DNA of 64,000 bases, taken from contig JANYCZ010000049.1 in the NCBI GenBank assembly GCA_025360015.1, positions 41,793-105,792 of the forward strand. Direction: 5' to 3'. A model generated the notes under the pieces. The model did no database searches. It had not been told where the DNA came from and saw only the letters and a program-made list of their open reading frames with translations. Shown one piece after another: positions 50,909 through 61,229 of the stretch (positions within the stretch are counted from its first letter, which is position 1; every line of letters begins with the position of its first letter). This DNA comes from Verrucomicrobiota bacterium. GTDB lineage: Bacteria > Verrucomicrobiota > Verrucomicrobiia > Verrucomicrobiales > Verrucomicrobiaceae. The position numbers and the translations under genes were made by a program.

Positions 50909-51457
50909 CTACCACACCAGCGCATCCAGAAAGAACGTCGCCACCATGCCCAGCGCCACGATCAGGCGCAGCACCAGACCCACGCCCGTGCCCAGCAGCG
51001 ATCCCCACGCCGATTTCGCCGCAGGCTGCAGCCGCTTTTTGGCAAAGATCAGCTCAAAAGAAATGCCACCGATCAGTGGCCCCAGCACCAGGCCAAAGGG
51101 CATGAAGAACATGCCCACGATCCCGCCGATGAACACCCCCGCGATGCCCCAGCGACTCGCGCCAAACCACCGCGCGCCCATCGCACCGCTCACGAAATCG
51201 ACCACATAAGACAGCACCAGCCCTAGCGATAAAACCACGAAGCCCCAGGTACTCATGCCAGACTCAGGACGCAGCACCGTATGAATAATCCCAGCCGCAA
51301 AAATGAGCAGCGGCCCCGGTAAAAACGGCACCACCGAACCGATGATGCCCACGATCAAGAGGCAGATCGTCAGCGTCCACACGCCCCACATCTGCCACGG
51401 CATCGTGGTAAAAAAATGCGCCGTCGCATGCCAGGCATGGGTGAACCACTCAGTCAT
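50909..51457 (-). CDS. DUF456 membrane protein
   Basis: GSVVPFLPG, GAMGARWFGAS, GPLIGG. Confidence 0.85.
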   Translation of the reverse strand: MTEWFTHAWHATAHFFTTMPWQMWGVWTLTICLLIVGIIGSVVPFLPGPLLIFAAGIIHTVLRPESGMSTWGFVVLSLGLVLSYVVDFVSGAMGARWFGASRWGIAGVFIGGIVGMFFMPFGLVLGPLIGGISFELIFAKKRLQPAAKSAWGSLLGTGVGLVLRLIVALGMVATFFLDALVW

Positions 51458-52052
51458 CGCACCAGATCGTTTTGGATTCCACCGGCTGCCGTACACTCCT
51501 CGGCCATTTCAATCCCTCGCGCGGCCAGCCAAGATAAATCAGACCCACGCAGCGATCTTCCGCACCGATGTGCAGCCACTCCGCAAACTCCCGCGTGCCC
51601 AGCAGCGGTGGCGAAGACCAGTAGCAGCCCAGCCCGGCCGCCGTGGCAGAGAGCTGCAGGTTTTGCAGCGCACACGCCACCGCCTCGATCTCTTCCACCT
51701 CAGGAATCTTCGCCCCACCACGTCGCTCCATCACGCAGGCGATCACCACCGGCGAGAGCAGCGGGTTCTCACTCATCTTCTTCATCTTGTCCTCGCGAAA
51801 CTCCTGCGCCGGCGTCGTCTCGCGATACACGCGCTGCATTGCCTCCGCGAGCCGCTGCCGCGCCGCGCCTTGATGCACCACAAACTTCCACGGCTCCGTC
51901 AGTCCATGCGTCGGCGCCCACGTCGCATCTTCCAGCACCTGCGTCAGCAGCGCACGTTCCACACCCCGCGTCGCATCCATGTCCACCGGCTTGATGGAAC
52001 GACGGCGGCGGATGAGCGCGCTGAGCTGGGAATGGGTGGCTATGTCAGACAT
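51450..52052 (-). CDS. Nitroreductase family protein
   Basis: IRRRRSIK, APTHGLTEPWKF, LQNLQLSATAAGLG..W. Confidence 0.9.
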   Translation of the reverse strand: MSDIATHSQLSALIRRRRSIKPVDMDATRGVERALLTQVLEDATWAPTHGLTEPWKFVVHQGAARQRLAEAMQRVYRETTPAQEFREDKMKKMSENPLLSPVVIACVMERRGGAKIPEVEEIEAVACALQNLQLSATAAGLGCYWSSPPLLGTREFAEWLHIGAEDRCVGLIYLGWPREGLKWPRSVRQPVESKTIWCDD

Positions 52053-52205
52053 GAGCACGCGATCTTTACACCATCGGCAGCCACTTGCTCAAGCTTTGAG
52101 AAGCGGGTTTGTTGCGACGAACTGGCAGCCATGAGCGATTCGCTCATGGCTGAGCAAGGTGCACCATGAGTGCTTGTGGAAAACTCGATCACCGCCGGTT
52201 GGATT

Positions 52206-52622
52206 TCAGTCAAGCCAGTTCTCAACCTGCAGCTCCGGCACTTTGGAAAAGTCCACCAAGTTACGCGTGAGCAAAAGCGCGGCGTGAGATCGTGCGATGC
52301 CAGCAATCTTTAAATCCATCGTCCCCGCCCGCAGGCCACGCAATCGCTGAAACTCATCGGCGGCCTCGTCGTCAAACGGCAGAATGGTGATGTCGGCAAA
52401 ATCGTGGATCGCATTCTGAAACTGCCCGTACGCATGCACCTGCTCAGGCCCTGCTGTCTTGCGATTGATCTCCGCTGCCCAGCCCTGCGTAATTTCCTGC
52501 ACGGTCACCACCGTGATGAAGGCGTCCGCCACTGAGTCCATCAGCCGTTGTCTGAGCCGCTGGCCCGCCTCTGACTCATGCAAGAATTCACGATAATGAT
52601 TCGTGTCGAGGATGACGAACAT
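52206..52622 (-). CDS. VapC/PIN-domain toxin
   Basis: ILDTNH, TVVTVQEI, ILPFD, GTMDLKIA, LLTRNLVDF. Confidence 0.9.
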   Translation of the reverse strand: MFVILDTNHYREFLHESEAGQRLRQRLMDSVADAFITVVTVQEITQGWAAEINRKTAGPEQVHAYGQFQNAIHDFADITILPFDDEAADEFQRLRGLRAGTMDLKIAGIARSHAALLLTRNLVDFSKVPELQVENWLD

Positions 52623-52624
52623 GC

Positions 52625-52813
52625 TCAACGCCCTTCACGATTCATACGGTCCCGCCACTCGGCCCCGAGCTGATAGGCATCTGGGGAAAGATCATCATTT
52701 CTGGCCCTGCCAAAAAGTTTCATCCATGATCCTTTCGGCTTCGGGATATAACGCGGCTTCGGCTGCGTGGCAGCGTCAGCAACTTTGGTCACGCTTTCAG
52801 TGCGACTTGTCAT
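52625..52813 (-). CDS. Putative antitoxin (62 aa)
   Basis: MTSRTESV...WMKLFGRARNDDLSPDAYQLGAEWRDRMNREGR, abutting the PIN gene. Confidence 0.7.
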   Translation of the reverse strand: MTSRTESVTKVADAATQPKPRYIPKPKGSWMKLFGRARNDDLSPDAYQLGAEWRDRMNREGR

Positions 52814-52940
52814 AAGACTAAAATGCACCACCGGCGGGCTTGTGGCAATCACGAAGCTGGCCCCGCTGAGATATAGACCGTCAGCGCCTCCAGCCATTCG
52901 ACAGTGGACTTCCCGCCTGACTCCGCTTCTTTCCCCGCGC

Positions 52941-55325
52941 ATGAGGAAACCTGCCGCGCTTCGTTTGTTCTTTGTTCTGCTCGTCATCGTGGCGGGGGTG
53001 TTTGGCATATCGCGTCTGGATTTCGATGTCGATCCACTGAGCCTGCTGCCACAGGAACTGCCGGGCTTGCAGGGCACGCGCCTGCTGCGCGAGCAGAAGC
53101 GCAATGTGCTCCTCATCGCCGTGCAGGCGGACGATCCGGCGCTGGTCGAAGTCACCGCAGATGCCCTCGCCGAGCACCTGGCCGCAAAGCCGGAGCTGTG
53201 TGCCAGCGTGCGCAGCAAATCGCTGCTGCAGTCGGATCCCGCGATCATCGCTGAAGTCGTCGCGTATCTGTGGCTGAACGCGCCGCCGCAGGAAGTGGCG
53301 AAACTCATCGCCTCACTCGATCCCGCAGTTATCACGGCCCTTCTGGCGAAATCCAAGGAGGCTGCGGGTTCTTCGCTCGATCTGCAAAACGCCACGCTCA
53401 GCGGTTATGATCCTCTCGGTCTCGCACGCGGTGCCTTGTCGCTCATGAGCGGCGGTGGCGACATGAGCAGCCTGATGAGCGATGAATTCACCAGCGCCGA
53501 TGGCACACTGCGCCTGCTGTTTGTCACACCTCCGGGCAAAGCGCTGGCAGATTATCGCGCGGCCAATGCCTGGCTCACGCAGATCAAGAAAGACGTGCGC
53601 GAGCAGTGGCTGCCGCAGCAAAAAGAACTCACGACCGTGAGGATCGGCTTCACCGGCGATCCCGCGTTTCAGGCGGAAATCGCCACCGGCATGGAAGGGG
53701 ACATGCGGCAGTCGATTGGGGCCGTCACCTTCATCGTCGGCTTCCTCTTCTGGCTCCTGCACCGCAGCGTGAAGCCGTTGCTCTGGCTGCTGCTCGCCAT
53801 CCTCTGCGCCAACCTGCTCACCCTCGGCACCGCAGGCGCGATCTACGGTTCTCTCAATGTCATGTCGATGGGTTTCGCCGCGATCCTCACCGGCTTGATC
53901 GAAGACTTTGGCGTCGTCGGTTTGCATGTCGCACGCGAGCACCCAGGGGAAGGCTTTGGCCGCATCTGCCGGCGTGCGCTGCCCAGTGTCACGTGGTCCG
54001 CCGTCAGCATCGCTGGCATCTTTGCCATGCTGGGCCTCAGTCAGCTTCCCGGCGTCGCGCAGCTTGGGGTGTTGTCCGCGCTTGGCGTGATGATCGGTGC
54101 CGCCGTCATGATCTTCGGCTTTCTGCCGCTGGGCATGACCACAGGCAAACTGGAGGAGCATCACGGCACCACGCGCTTCGCCATGCGGATGCAGGGCATC
54201 ATGGTGTGGTTCGTCTTGGCCGCACTGATCGCTGCCACCGCAGTGATGGGCTTGAAGGGTCTGCCAAAGATGGACTTCGGCTCCGCCGTGCTGCGTCCTG
54301 ACAAAAGCGAAGCCTTCGATGTCTTCGACAGCGTCGAGCAGCGCATGCTAAACTCCACCAGCGAGCCTGGCCGCAACGTACCACTCGTCTTCGCCGCCCA
54401 GGACGCCACCGCCCTGCGCCAAAGCATCATCGCCACGCAAAAGACGCTGAAGAGCGATCAAGTCGAAGCCCAACTGCTACCACTCGCACTGGTGCCCGAT
54501 GCCGATGCGCAAAAGGCGAATCTCGCCGCACTGCAATCCCTCGCCACCCGCGAGGACGCCCTCAAGCAAGCCATCGATACAGCAGGATTCACCGATGCCG
54601 CCTCCGCGCTGACGCAAAATATCTTCAAGCAATGGCGCGAATGGTCCGCCGCCCACACAGCGCTGCCGCTGTGGCCCAAGCCCATCGTCCTCGAAAATCT
54701 CGGCGGCATTGTTTCCCAGCATGCCAAGCACGGCTTGATGGCCATCGGCTCCGTGCGCCTCGCTCCTGGGTGCACCTTGGAAAATGCGCCCGTGCTGCAT
54801 GCGGTGGAAAAGATTCCCGGCGCGCACCCGGCAGGCTGGGCCTTTCTGCGCACGTCGTTGGAGCCTTTGCTGAAGCGCGAGATCCTGCGCGTCTGCGTGC
54901 CCACCGTCGCCATCGCCTGCATCCTGTTTCTGCTGGTGTTTCACGGCTGGCGCGAGCGCGTGTTCGCCTTCTTCACCCTCGCGGCCAGCGGCTGGATTTT
55001 GCTCGGCGGCATGTCGGCTTGGGGTTTGACCTGGAACCTCATGAGCGTCGGCGCCATCCCGCTCTGCCTCGGTCTGGGTCTCGATTTCACCATTCATGTG
55101 ATGCATTCGCTGCGTGAGCCCGGCATGACTCGCGAACGCGTCGCATCGCTGGGTCGTTCGCTCGCCTACTGCGGACTCAGCACCGGACTGGGCTTCGGGG
55201 CGCTCGCCGTCGGCAGCAATCGCGGCCTTATTACCCTTGGCATGACCGCCATGATCGGCGTGCTCACCGTGCTCATCACCGCCGCCTTTGCGCTGCCATG
55301 GGTTTGGTTCCGGCGGCAGCGGTAA
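52941..55325 (+). CDS. MMPL/RND-family membrane transporter
   Basis: Two TM bundles, each preceded by a large loop; GFTGDP, GLGLDFTIH. Confidence 0.85.
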   Translation: MRKPAALRLFFVLLVIVAGVFGISRLDFDVDPLSLLPQELPGLQGTRLLREQKRNVLLIAVQADDPALVEVTADALAEHLAAKPELCASVRSKSLLQSDPAIIAEVVAYLWLNAPPQEVAKLIASLDPAVITALLAKSKEAAGSSLDLQNATLSGYDPLGLARGALSLMSGGGDMSSLMSDEFTSADGTLRLLFVTPPGKALADYRAANAWLTQIKKDVREQWLPQQKELTTVRIGFTGDPAFQAEIATGMEGDMRQSIGAVTFIVGFLFWLLHRSVKPLLWLLLAILCANLLTLGTAGAIYGSLNVMSMGFAAILTGLIEDFGVVGLHVAREHPGEGFGRICRRALPSVTWSAVSIAGIFAMLGLSQLPGVAQLGVLSALGVMIGAAVMIFGFLPLGMTTGKLEEHHGTTRFAMRMQGIMVWFVLAALIAATAVMGLKGLPKMDFGSAVLRPDKSEAFDVFDSVEQRMLNSTSEPGRNVPLVFAAQDATALRQSIIATQKTLKSDQVEAQLLPLALVPDADAQKANLAALQSLATREDALKQAIDTAGFTDAASALTQNIFKQWREWSAAHTALPLWPKPIVLENLGGIVSQHAKHGLMAIGSVRLAPGCTLENAPVLHAVEKIPGAHPAGWAFLRTSLEPLLKREILRVCVPTVAIACILFLLVFHGWRERVFAFFTLAASGWILLGGMSAWGLTWNLMSVGAIPLCLGLGLDFTIHVMHSLREPGMTRERVASLGRSLAYCGLSTGLGFGALAVGSNRGLITLGMTAMIGVLTVLITAAFALPWVWFRRQR

Positions 55326-55328
55326 ACC

Positions 55329-55538
55329 TCACTGCCAGGGATATTCACCCGGCCTGCGCTTGCGGGTCCAGGGCCCAAACGCAGCCATTCCCGCCACAGT
55401 GACCGCCAGCATGATCCCCACGAACAGCATTTCCAGACCCCAGAGGTCGAGCAGCGGCTTCTTGAGCTCCGTAAAAAACGAACCGATGGCCGAGAAGAAA
55501 TTCAGTATCGCAGTAAAAATCCGAATGAGCGTTTCCAT
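55329..55538 (-). CDS. Small membrane protein
   Basis: METLIRIF..., hydrophobic helix with a basic tail. Confidence 0.6.
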   Translation of the reverse strand: METLIRIFTAILNFFSAIGSFFTELKKPLLDLWGLEMLFVGIMLAVTVAGMAAFGPWTRKRRPGEYPWQ

Positions 55539-55595
55539 GGCTCCAGCATGGGTGGCAGCAGCCCAGCACTCAAAAACTGTGCAGTGACACTTCAC

Positions 55596-55644
55596 TCACT
55601 GTCTTTTTGGTCACTGTCATTTCCGTCACTGTCTTTTTGGTCAC
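55596..55644. repeat. 15-bp tandem repeat (about 3.3 units)
   Basis: tcactgtctttttgg / tcactgtcatttccg / tcactgtctttttgg / tcac. Confidence 0.8.
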
Positions 55645-55736
55645 AATAGGGCCCGGCGGCAGCCCGCGCCCGTCCCCTGATTTTTCGCTGGCGCAACCGC
55701 CACTCCCGCGTACTATGCTCGACTCTCGGTAGAGAT

Positions 55737-55812
55737 GGTGGCCGTAGTTCAACGGTAGAGCCCCAGATTGTGATTCTGGTTGTTGCGGGTTCGAGTCCCG
55801 TCGGTCACCCCA
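55737..55812 (+). tRNA. tRNA-His (GTG)
   Basis: G-1 plus acceptor stem GTGGCCG/CGGTCAC, C73, encoded CCA; anticodon arm ccaga-ttGTGat-tctgg; T-loop GTTCGAG. Confidence 0.97.
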
Positions 55813-55857
55813 CTTTTTCATGGAGTGCTGCCGTACTTCCGGCTACAACAAGCACAC

Positions 55858-56589
55858 ATGCATCCGCTGGAACAAGTCATTGGCCACACCTTTCGCGATC
55901 CCGCGTTACTCCAGCTCGCGCTCACGCACGGCAGCGTCGGTTACGAAAACCAGCGCGCCCACTCCGACAATCAGCGCCTCGAATTCCTCGGCGATGCCGT
56001 ATTGCAGCTCGCTCTCTCGCATCTCCTCTTTGTACGTTTCACCCAGGCGGATGAGGGCGTGCTCACCCAGGCACGCGCCCAGCTCGTCTCCACCAAGGCG
56101 CTCGCCCGCATCGCCCGCCGCATTTCACTCGGCGCACACCTGCATCTGGGACGGGGGGAAGAGGCCAACGGCGGCCGTGACCGCGAATCCACCCTGGCCG
56201 ATACCCTCGAAGCCGTCGCAGGTGCCGTTCATCTCGACTCCGGCACCGAGGCAGCCCATCAATTTGCCGCACGCCTCTTCGCCGAAGATCTCGAAGCACT
56301 AAATCGCGGTCCCCTGGATGCCAACCCCAAGGGACAGCTCCAGGAACTCATTCAATCCGTGGGCATCGAGCCACCGCTCTATGGCATCGCCGGTGCCGAG
56401 GGGCCGGATCACGCCAAGAATTTCGTCGCCACCGTCTCCTGGCAGGGCACCGAGCTTGGACGGGGTACAGGCCGCAGCAAAAAAGACGCCGAAGTGCAGG
56501 CCGCACAGGCCGCTCTCGACAATCCAGCGCTTCGTGAACTGCTGCGAACAACCCGTGCACAACCTGACGAACAAAACCGCCGGTCATGA
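55858..56589 (+). CDS. rnc: Ribonuclease III
   Basis: NQRLEFLGDAVL, LADTLEAVAG, dsRBD NPKGQLQEL...GPDHAK...GRSKKDAE. Confidence 0.96.
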   Translation: MHPLEQVIGHTFRDPALLQLALTHGSVGYENQRAHSDNQRLEFLGDAVLQLALSHLLFVRFTQADEGVLTQARAQLVSTKALARIARRISLGAHLHLGRGEEANGGRDRESTLADTLEAVAGAVHLDSGTEAAHQFAARLFAEDLEALNRGPLDANPKGQLQELIQSVGIEPPLYGIAGAEGPDHAKNFVATVSWQGTELGRGTGRSKKDAEVQAAQAALDNPALRELLRTTRAQPDEQNRRS

Positions 56590-56794
56590 GAGCAACCCTG
56601 AACACTGACAGTTGTTCCAGTCGCTCACAATTCCTGCCGGATCCGTTCACAGGCCAGTTGCCCGTGGAACCCCTGTATATCCAAAGCGGAACCCACTTGT
56701 TGCGCTTGTTCTCACTGCTTACGGATATGAGTAATTTAACAACCTAGCTAACCCCAATCATAAGAGATGGGAACAAGTCAGCTTTTGATGCCTT

Positions 56795-58222
56795 ATGGAC
56801 CCTTCAAACATCCAGAAAGTTTTCGAGGCTCAGCGTCAAAATCGCTGGCACATCGCGCAGAGCAGGGCGGAGCAGCGCATCGCAAAGCTCAAGCGCCTCA
56901 GGGCGGCACTCATGACACGGCGGCATGAGATCGTTGTCGCGATGCAAAAAGATTTTGGCAAATGCCAGGCCGAGGTGGCCATCTCCGAGATCGCTCCGGT
57001 CACAGATGAGATCGCGTTTGTCAGTGCGCGCTTGAAACGCTGGATGAAGCCCAGGCGCGTGCCTGCTCATCTCTTCACGCTGGGCTCACGCAGCGAGGTG
57101 CGCTATGAACCCAAAGGCCAGGTGCTCATCCTCGCGCCGTGGAATTATCCCGTGCATCTCTTCCTGCTCCCACTCGTTGGTGCCATCGCTGCGGGCAACG
57201 TGGTGATGATGTCCGCCTCAGATCGCACGCCACACACCGAGGTGGTGCTGACGCAGCTCATCAATGAAACCTTCCCTTCGAATGAAGTCGCTGCGTTCAG
57301 CGGCGGCGTGCCTGCGGCGGAGGCCTTGATGGAATGTCCCTTCGATCATGTGTTCTTCACGGGCAGCCCGGCAGTGGGTAAAAAGATCATGGCCAAAGCC
57401 GCGCAGCATCTCGCCACCGTCACGCTGGAGCTCGGTGGCAAATCACCCGCAGTGCTGCATGCGACCACGGACATTGCCAAAGCGGCGCTCGCCATCGCGT
57501 TTGGCAAATTCCTCAACGCCGGACAAACCTGCATCTGTCCCGATCACGTCTGGGTGCCGCGTACTTTGGTTGCTGAGTTCGTGTCTGCCATCAGCAAGTT
57601 GATCCGCGAGTTTTATGGGGACACACCCGAGCAGCGTCGTGCCTCGCCCGACTTTGCACGGATCGTGGATGCGCGTGGCTGGCAGCGCATGAAGCATTTG
57701 CTGGACACCTCCATCGCCGCAGGCGCGCAGGCCGTCATCGGTGGTGAAACCGACGAAGCCACGCGCTACGTGGCTCCTACGGTGCTTGGCGGCATCAGCA
57801 CGGCCATGCCCATCATGCAGGAGGAAATCTTTGGCCCCGTGCTTCCCGTGCTCGTCTATGATTCGCTCGATGAAGTCCTCGCCTTCATCCATTCCGGGGG
57901 CAAACCGCTCGCATTGTATGCCTTCGGCCATGATGAGGCCTTCATTCAACGCATGCTGCGCGAAACCAGCGCCGGCGGCACCGTCATCAACAACACCCTG
58001 CTGCACATCGTGAACTCGCATCTGCCCTTCGGTGGCAGCGGCCAGAGCGGTCAGGGCAGCTACCACGGTCACCACAGCTTCCGCACCTTTTCCCATGAGC
58101 GCGCCGTCGTGCATCAGGGCGGCCTCATAGCATCCTTGGTGCCTCTGCCGCATCCTCCATATTCAAAGATGAAGGCCATTGAGAAAATCGTGCTGAAGCA
58201 GAAGACGGGGCTGGGGCCATAG
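56795..58222 (+). CDS. Aldehyde dehydrogenase (class 3-like)
   Basis: APWNYP, FTGSPAVG, TLELGGKSP, NAGQTCICPD, QEEIFGPVLP. Confidence 0.95.
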   Translation: MDPSNIQKVFEAQRQNRWHIAQSRAEQRIAKLKRLRAALMTRRHEIVVAMQKDFGKCQAEVAISEIAPVTDEIAFVSARLKRWMKPRRVPAHLFTLGSRSEVRYEPKGQVLILAPWNYPVHLFLLPLVGAIAAGNVVMMSASDRTPHTEVVLTQLINETFPSNEVAAFSGGVPAAEALMECPFDHVFFTGSPAVGKKIMAKAAQHLATVTLELGGKSPAVLHATTDIAKAALAIAFGKFLNAGQTCICPDHVWVPRTLVAEFVSAISKLIREFYGDTPEQRRASPDFARIVDARGWQRMKHLLDTSIAAGAQAVIGGETDEATRYVAPTVLGGISTAMPIMQEEIFGPVLPVLVYDSLDEVLAFIHSGGKPLALYAFGHDEAFIQRMLRETSAGGTVINNTLLHIVNSHLPFGGSGQSGQGSYHGHHSFRTFSHERAVVHQGGLIASLVPLPHPPYSKMKAIEKIVLKQKTGLGP

Positions 58223-58432
58223 AGCCTTTCAAATCATTTTGTGTCCGATAAATCCAGGGCAGTCAAAGCGACTCTCCCTCTCCCCGCCCATGCCACACGC
58301 CAACAACAAATTTTTCTTCGTGGAGATGGCCGGGGTGAGGGGATAGCTCTAGGTTTGTGTGAGATCGTCCGTGGACACAGGCTTAGAGACGGCCGGTCTT
58401 CCGTCACACCCATCTACGACCAACCGCCATCG

Positions 58433-60196
58433 CTACTTCAGCGGCCAAAACACCGGCACCATGGCCAGGATGACGATCAGCATCACAAGAGTCAGACCAC
58501 CGCCGACTTTGATGAAGTCCGCGAAGCGGTATTTGCCGGGGCCATAGACGAGGATGCAGCTCGGCTCAAACGGCGTGAGCATGGACGCGGACGCGCTGAG
58601 CATGACGCCGATCGCAAAGGCGCGCTGATTGGCACCCATGGTAGCGGCGGCCTGCAGCGCCACGGGCAGTACCACGAGCGCTGCGGCGGCGTTCGACATC
58701 GGCTGCGTGAGCAGGATCGTCAGCAGGCAGAAGCCCGTGAAGACCGCAAAGACGCCCCAGGGCTGCAGCCAGCCGGTGATGAAGTTGGCAATCATGCTCG
58801 ACGCACCCGAAACCTGCATCGCTTCGCCAAAGGCCATCATGCCGCCGATCAGGATCAGCAGCCGCCAGTCGATGTTGGCGTAGGCGTTCTCCAGTTTGAT
58901 GCACTTCGTCAGGACTGCCATGATGGCGACCATCACAAACACCACCGTGTCAGGGACCCAGTCGAAACTGCTGGCGATCACAGCGAGTACAAAAGCCAGC
59001 AGCAGTCGGAGACCACGCCTGCGCGCCTCCGCACTGAACTGATGCTGCGTGATGACGATCATGTCGTTGCCTTCCTCGAAGACGCGGAAGCGATCACTCG
59101 GCCCCTGCAGCAGCAGCACATCGCCCGCGCGCAATTTTTCATCCGCCATGTGGTGCATCAGCGCACGATCTCCACGCATAAGCGCTAGCACAGAGAGGCC
59201 GGTGCGTTGACGAAAGTTGTTGTCGCGCAAAGAGCGGCCTACAAAGCCGGAGCGCGGCGTGAGGACGACTTCAGCGACCTGCGCATCGCGCATGTCGATG
59301 CCGGAGCTGCGCAGCGTCACGTCTTCGAGAATATCGAGGCCTTCAATTTTCTTCACCCGGATCAGATTCTCCACCTTGCCGGCCACCAGTACGACATCGC
59401 CTTCTTCAAAGCGGAGATTGGGTCCGGCATCCAGCGGCTGGTCCGCCCGGCGGATCTTGATGACTTGAAAGTCCATCGCGGAAAAATCCGAGTTGAAGGC
59501 GGTTTGACCGACGATCGGTGAACCGGGCAGCACCACAACCTCCGCAAGGTAGTCGCGCATCGCATCTCCAGCAATGACGGCAGCCCGGTCGCGCTCCGGC
59601 ACCAGACGGCTGCCAATGAAGACCATGTAGAGAATGCCCGTGAGCGTGAGGACGATGCCGATCCCTGTGAACTCAAACATGCGCAGCGGCTGCAAACCCA
59701 GCTTCGTGATGGCACCACTCACAGCGATGTTGGTGGAGGTGCCGATCAGCGTGCACGTGCCGCCCATCAGCGAGGCAAAGGCCAGCGGCATCAGAAGGCG
59801 TGAGGGAGGGATGCGCAGCTTGCGTGACAGGCCCATGACCGGCCCCACAAACACGGCGGTGACGGTGGTGTTGTTCATGAAGGCGGACACACCGCCCACC
59901 ACGGCCATCATGAAGCCCATGAGCCGCTTGGGCTGGGTGCCGAAGGTCTGCGCCAGCACACCGCCCATCATGTCCAGCACACCCGTCTCGCGCAGCGCCG
60001 CGCCGATCACAAAGATCGCCGCCAGCAGGATGATCACACGATCTCCAAATCCGGCAAAGGCGCGGTCTGCCTTCAAGATGCCGCACATGACCAGCACGCA
60101 CAGCATCGACAAAGTGACGAGGTCCACGGAGATTTTCTCAGTGGCAAAGGCGATGACGGCGATGACGAGCAGTCCGATGACGATCCAGGCTTCCAT
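58433..60196 (-). CDS. SLC13/CitMHS-family permease with TrkA-C domains
   Basis: SAFMNNT, GGTCTLIGTSTN, QPMSNAAA; two cytoplasmic TrkA-C-like repeats. Confidence 0.9.
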   Translation of the reverse strand: MEAWIVIGLLVIAVIAFATEKISVDLVTLSMLCVLVMCGILKADRAFAGFGDRVIILLAAIFVIGAALRETGVLDMMGGVLAQTFGTQPKRLMGFMMAVVGGVSAFMNNTTVTAVFVGPVMGLSRKLRIPPSRLLMPLAFASLMGGTCTLIGTSTNIAVSGAITKLGLQPLRMFEFTGIGIVLTLTGILYMVFIGSRLVPERDRAAVIAGDAMRDYLAEVVVLPGSPIVGQTAFNSDFSAMDFQVIKIRRADQPLDAGPNLRFEEGDVVLVAGKVENLIRVKKIEGLDILEDVTLRSSGIDMRDAQVAEVVLTPRSGFVGRSLRDNNFRQRTGLSVLALMRGDRALMHHMADEKLRAGDVLLLQGPSDRFRVFEEGNDMIVITQHQFSAEARRRGLRLLLAFVLAVIASSFDWVPDTVVFVMVAIMAVLTKCIKLENAYANIDWRLLILIGGMMAFGEAMQVSGASSMIANFITGWLQPWGVFAVFTGFCLLTILLTQPMSNAAAALVVLPVALQAAATMGANQRAFAIGVMLSASASMLTPFEPSCILVYGPGKYRFADFIKVGGGLTLVMLIVILAMVPVFWPLK

Positions 60197-60317
60197 ATTG
60201 GCCGCATCAGTGGCGCAGGGAAATACACTGCTCAAGGAGCAAGCCGGGCAAACCGCAGGTGAGTGCCGTTTTGTGGAAGCAATCCGCCCCCGCCTGCGTT
60301 AGATCGCGCTCACCGCC

Positions 60318-61229
60318 ATGCGTCCCACCCTCACCCTTCTTGCCGCCCTTGCGTTCAGCCTTCAGACCTTTGCCGCGCCCCGTGCGGAGCATGTCTTCAT
60401 CATCAGCATCGACGGTGGCAAGCCCGCAGTCATTGCGGAGAGCGAGGCGCCGACGCTGAAAAAAATCGCCGCAGAAGGCGCGGTGACGTGGCAGGCCAGC
60501 ACGATTTTTCCCTCCATCACCCTGCCCTCCCATACCTCCATGCTTACGGGCGTCGGTCCAGACAAGCACCAGATCCTGTGGAACGCCTTCACTCCGATCA
60601 AAGGCCTGGTAAAAGTGCCCACGGTCTTTTCACTCCTCAAAGCCGCTGACCCAACGGCGGTGGACGGCATGTTTGTCGGCAAGGTCAAATTCCGCCACCT
60701 GTGGCTGAAGGATTCCGTGGACGTGTTCGACTTCGGCGGCCCGCAGTCGGACGCGCCAGTGGCAGGCACCCAGGAAATCGAGAAAGACAAAAAGCCCTCC
60801 CAAATGGTGGCCAAGCAGGCGGCGGCATGGATCAAAGAGAATAAACCACGCCTCACCTTCATCCACTTCCCAGACGTGGACACCGCCGGTCACAAGGACG
60901 GCTGGGGCTCCCCTCAGCAGAAAGAAGCGCTCAAAGTGACCGATCAGGCGCTGTGGCAGGTCTGGCAGGCCATCAAGGACGCAGGCATCGCCGACACCAG
61001 CGTCATAATCATCAGCGCCGACCACGGCGGCCACGACAAAACCCACGGCCTCAACATTCCCGACGACATGCTCATCCCCTGGGTCGCCTGGGGCAAAGGC
61101 GTGAAGAAAAACTACACCATCACCGCACCCGTCACCACCTACGACACCGCCGCCACGGCCCTCTGGCTGCTCGATGTCCCACTGCCTGCCGAGTTTGACG
61201 GCAAGCCGGTGACCAGCGCCTTTGAGTGA
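60318..61229 (+). CDS. Alkaline phosphatase / nucleotide pyrophosphatase family protein
   Basis: ISIDG, SITLPSHTSMLTG, DTAGH, SADHGG. Confidence 0.9.
   Translation: MRPTLTLLAALAFSLQTFAAPRAEHVFIISIDGGKPAVIAESEAPTLKKIAAEGAVTWQASTIFPSITLPSHTSMLTGVGPDKHQILWNAFTPIKGLVKVPTVFSLLKAADPTAVDGMFVGKVKFRHLWLKDSVDVFDFGGPQSDAPVAGTQEIEKDKKPSQMVAKQAAAWIKENKPRLTFIHFPDVDTAGHKDGWGSPQQKEALKVTDQALWQVWQAIKDAGIADTSVIIISADHGGHDKTHGLNIPDDMLIPWVAWGKGVKKNYTITAPVTTYDTAATALWLLDVPLPAEFDGKPVTSAFE

Noticed and set aside
55570-55821. 83-aa minus-strand ORF
   Set aside because: It is the antisense reading of tRNA-His and the 15-bp repeat.
56656-56671. Third parS-like sequence agttgcccgtggaacc
   Set aside because: Four mismatches to the palindrome, which is compatible with chance.
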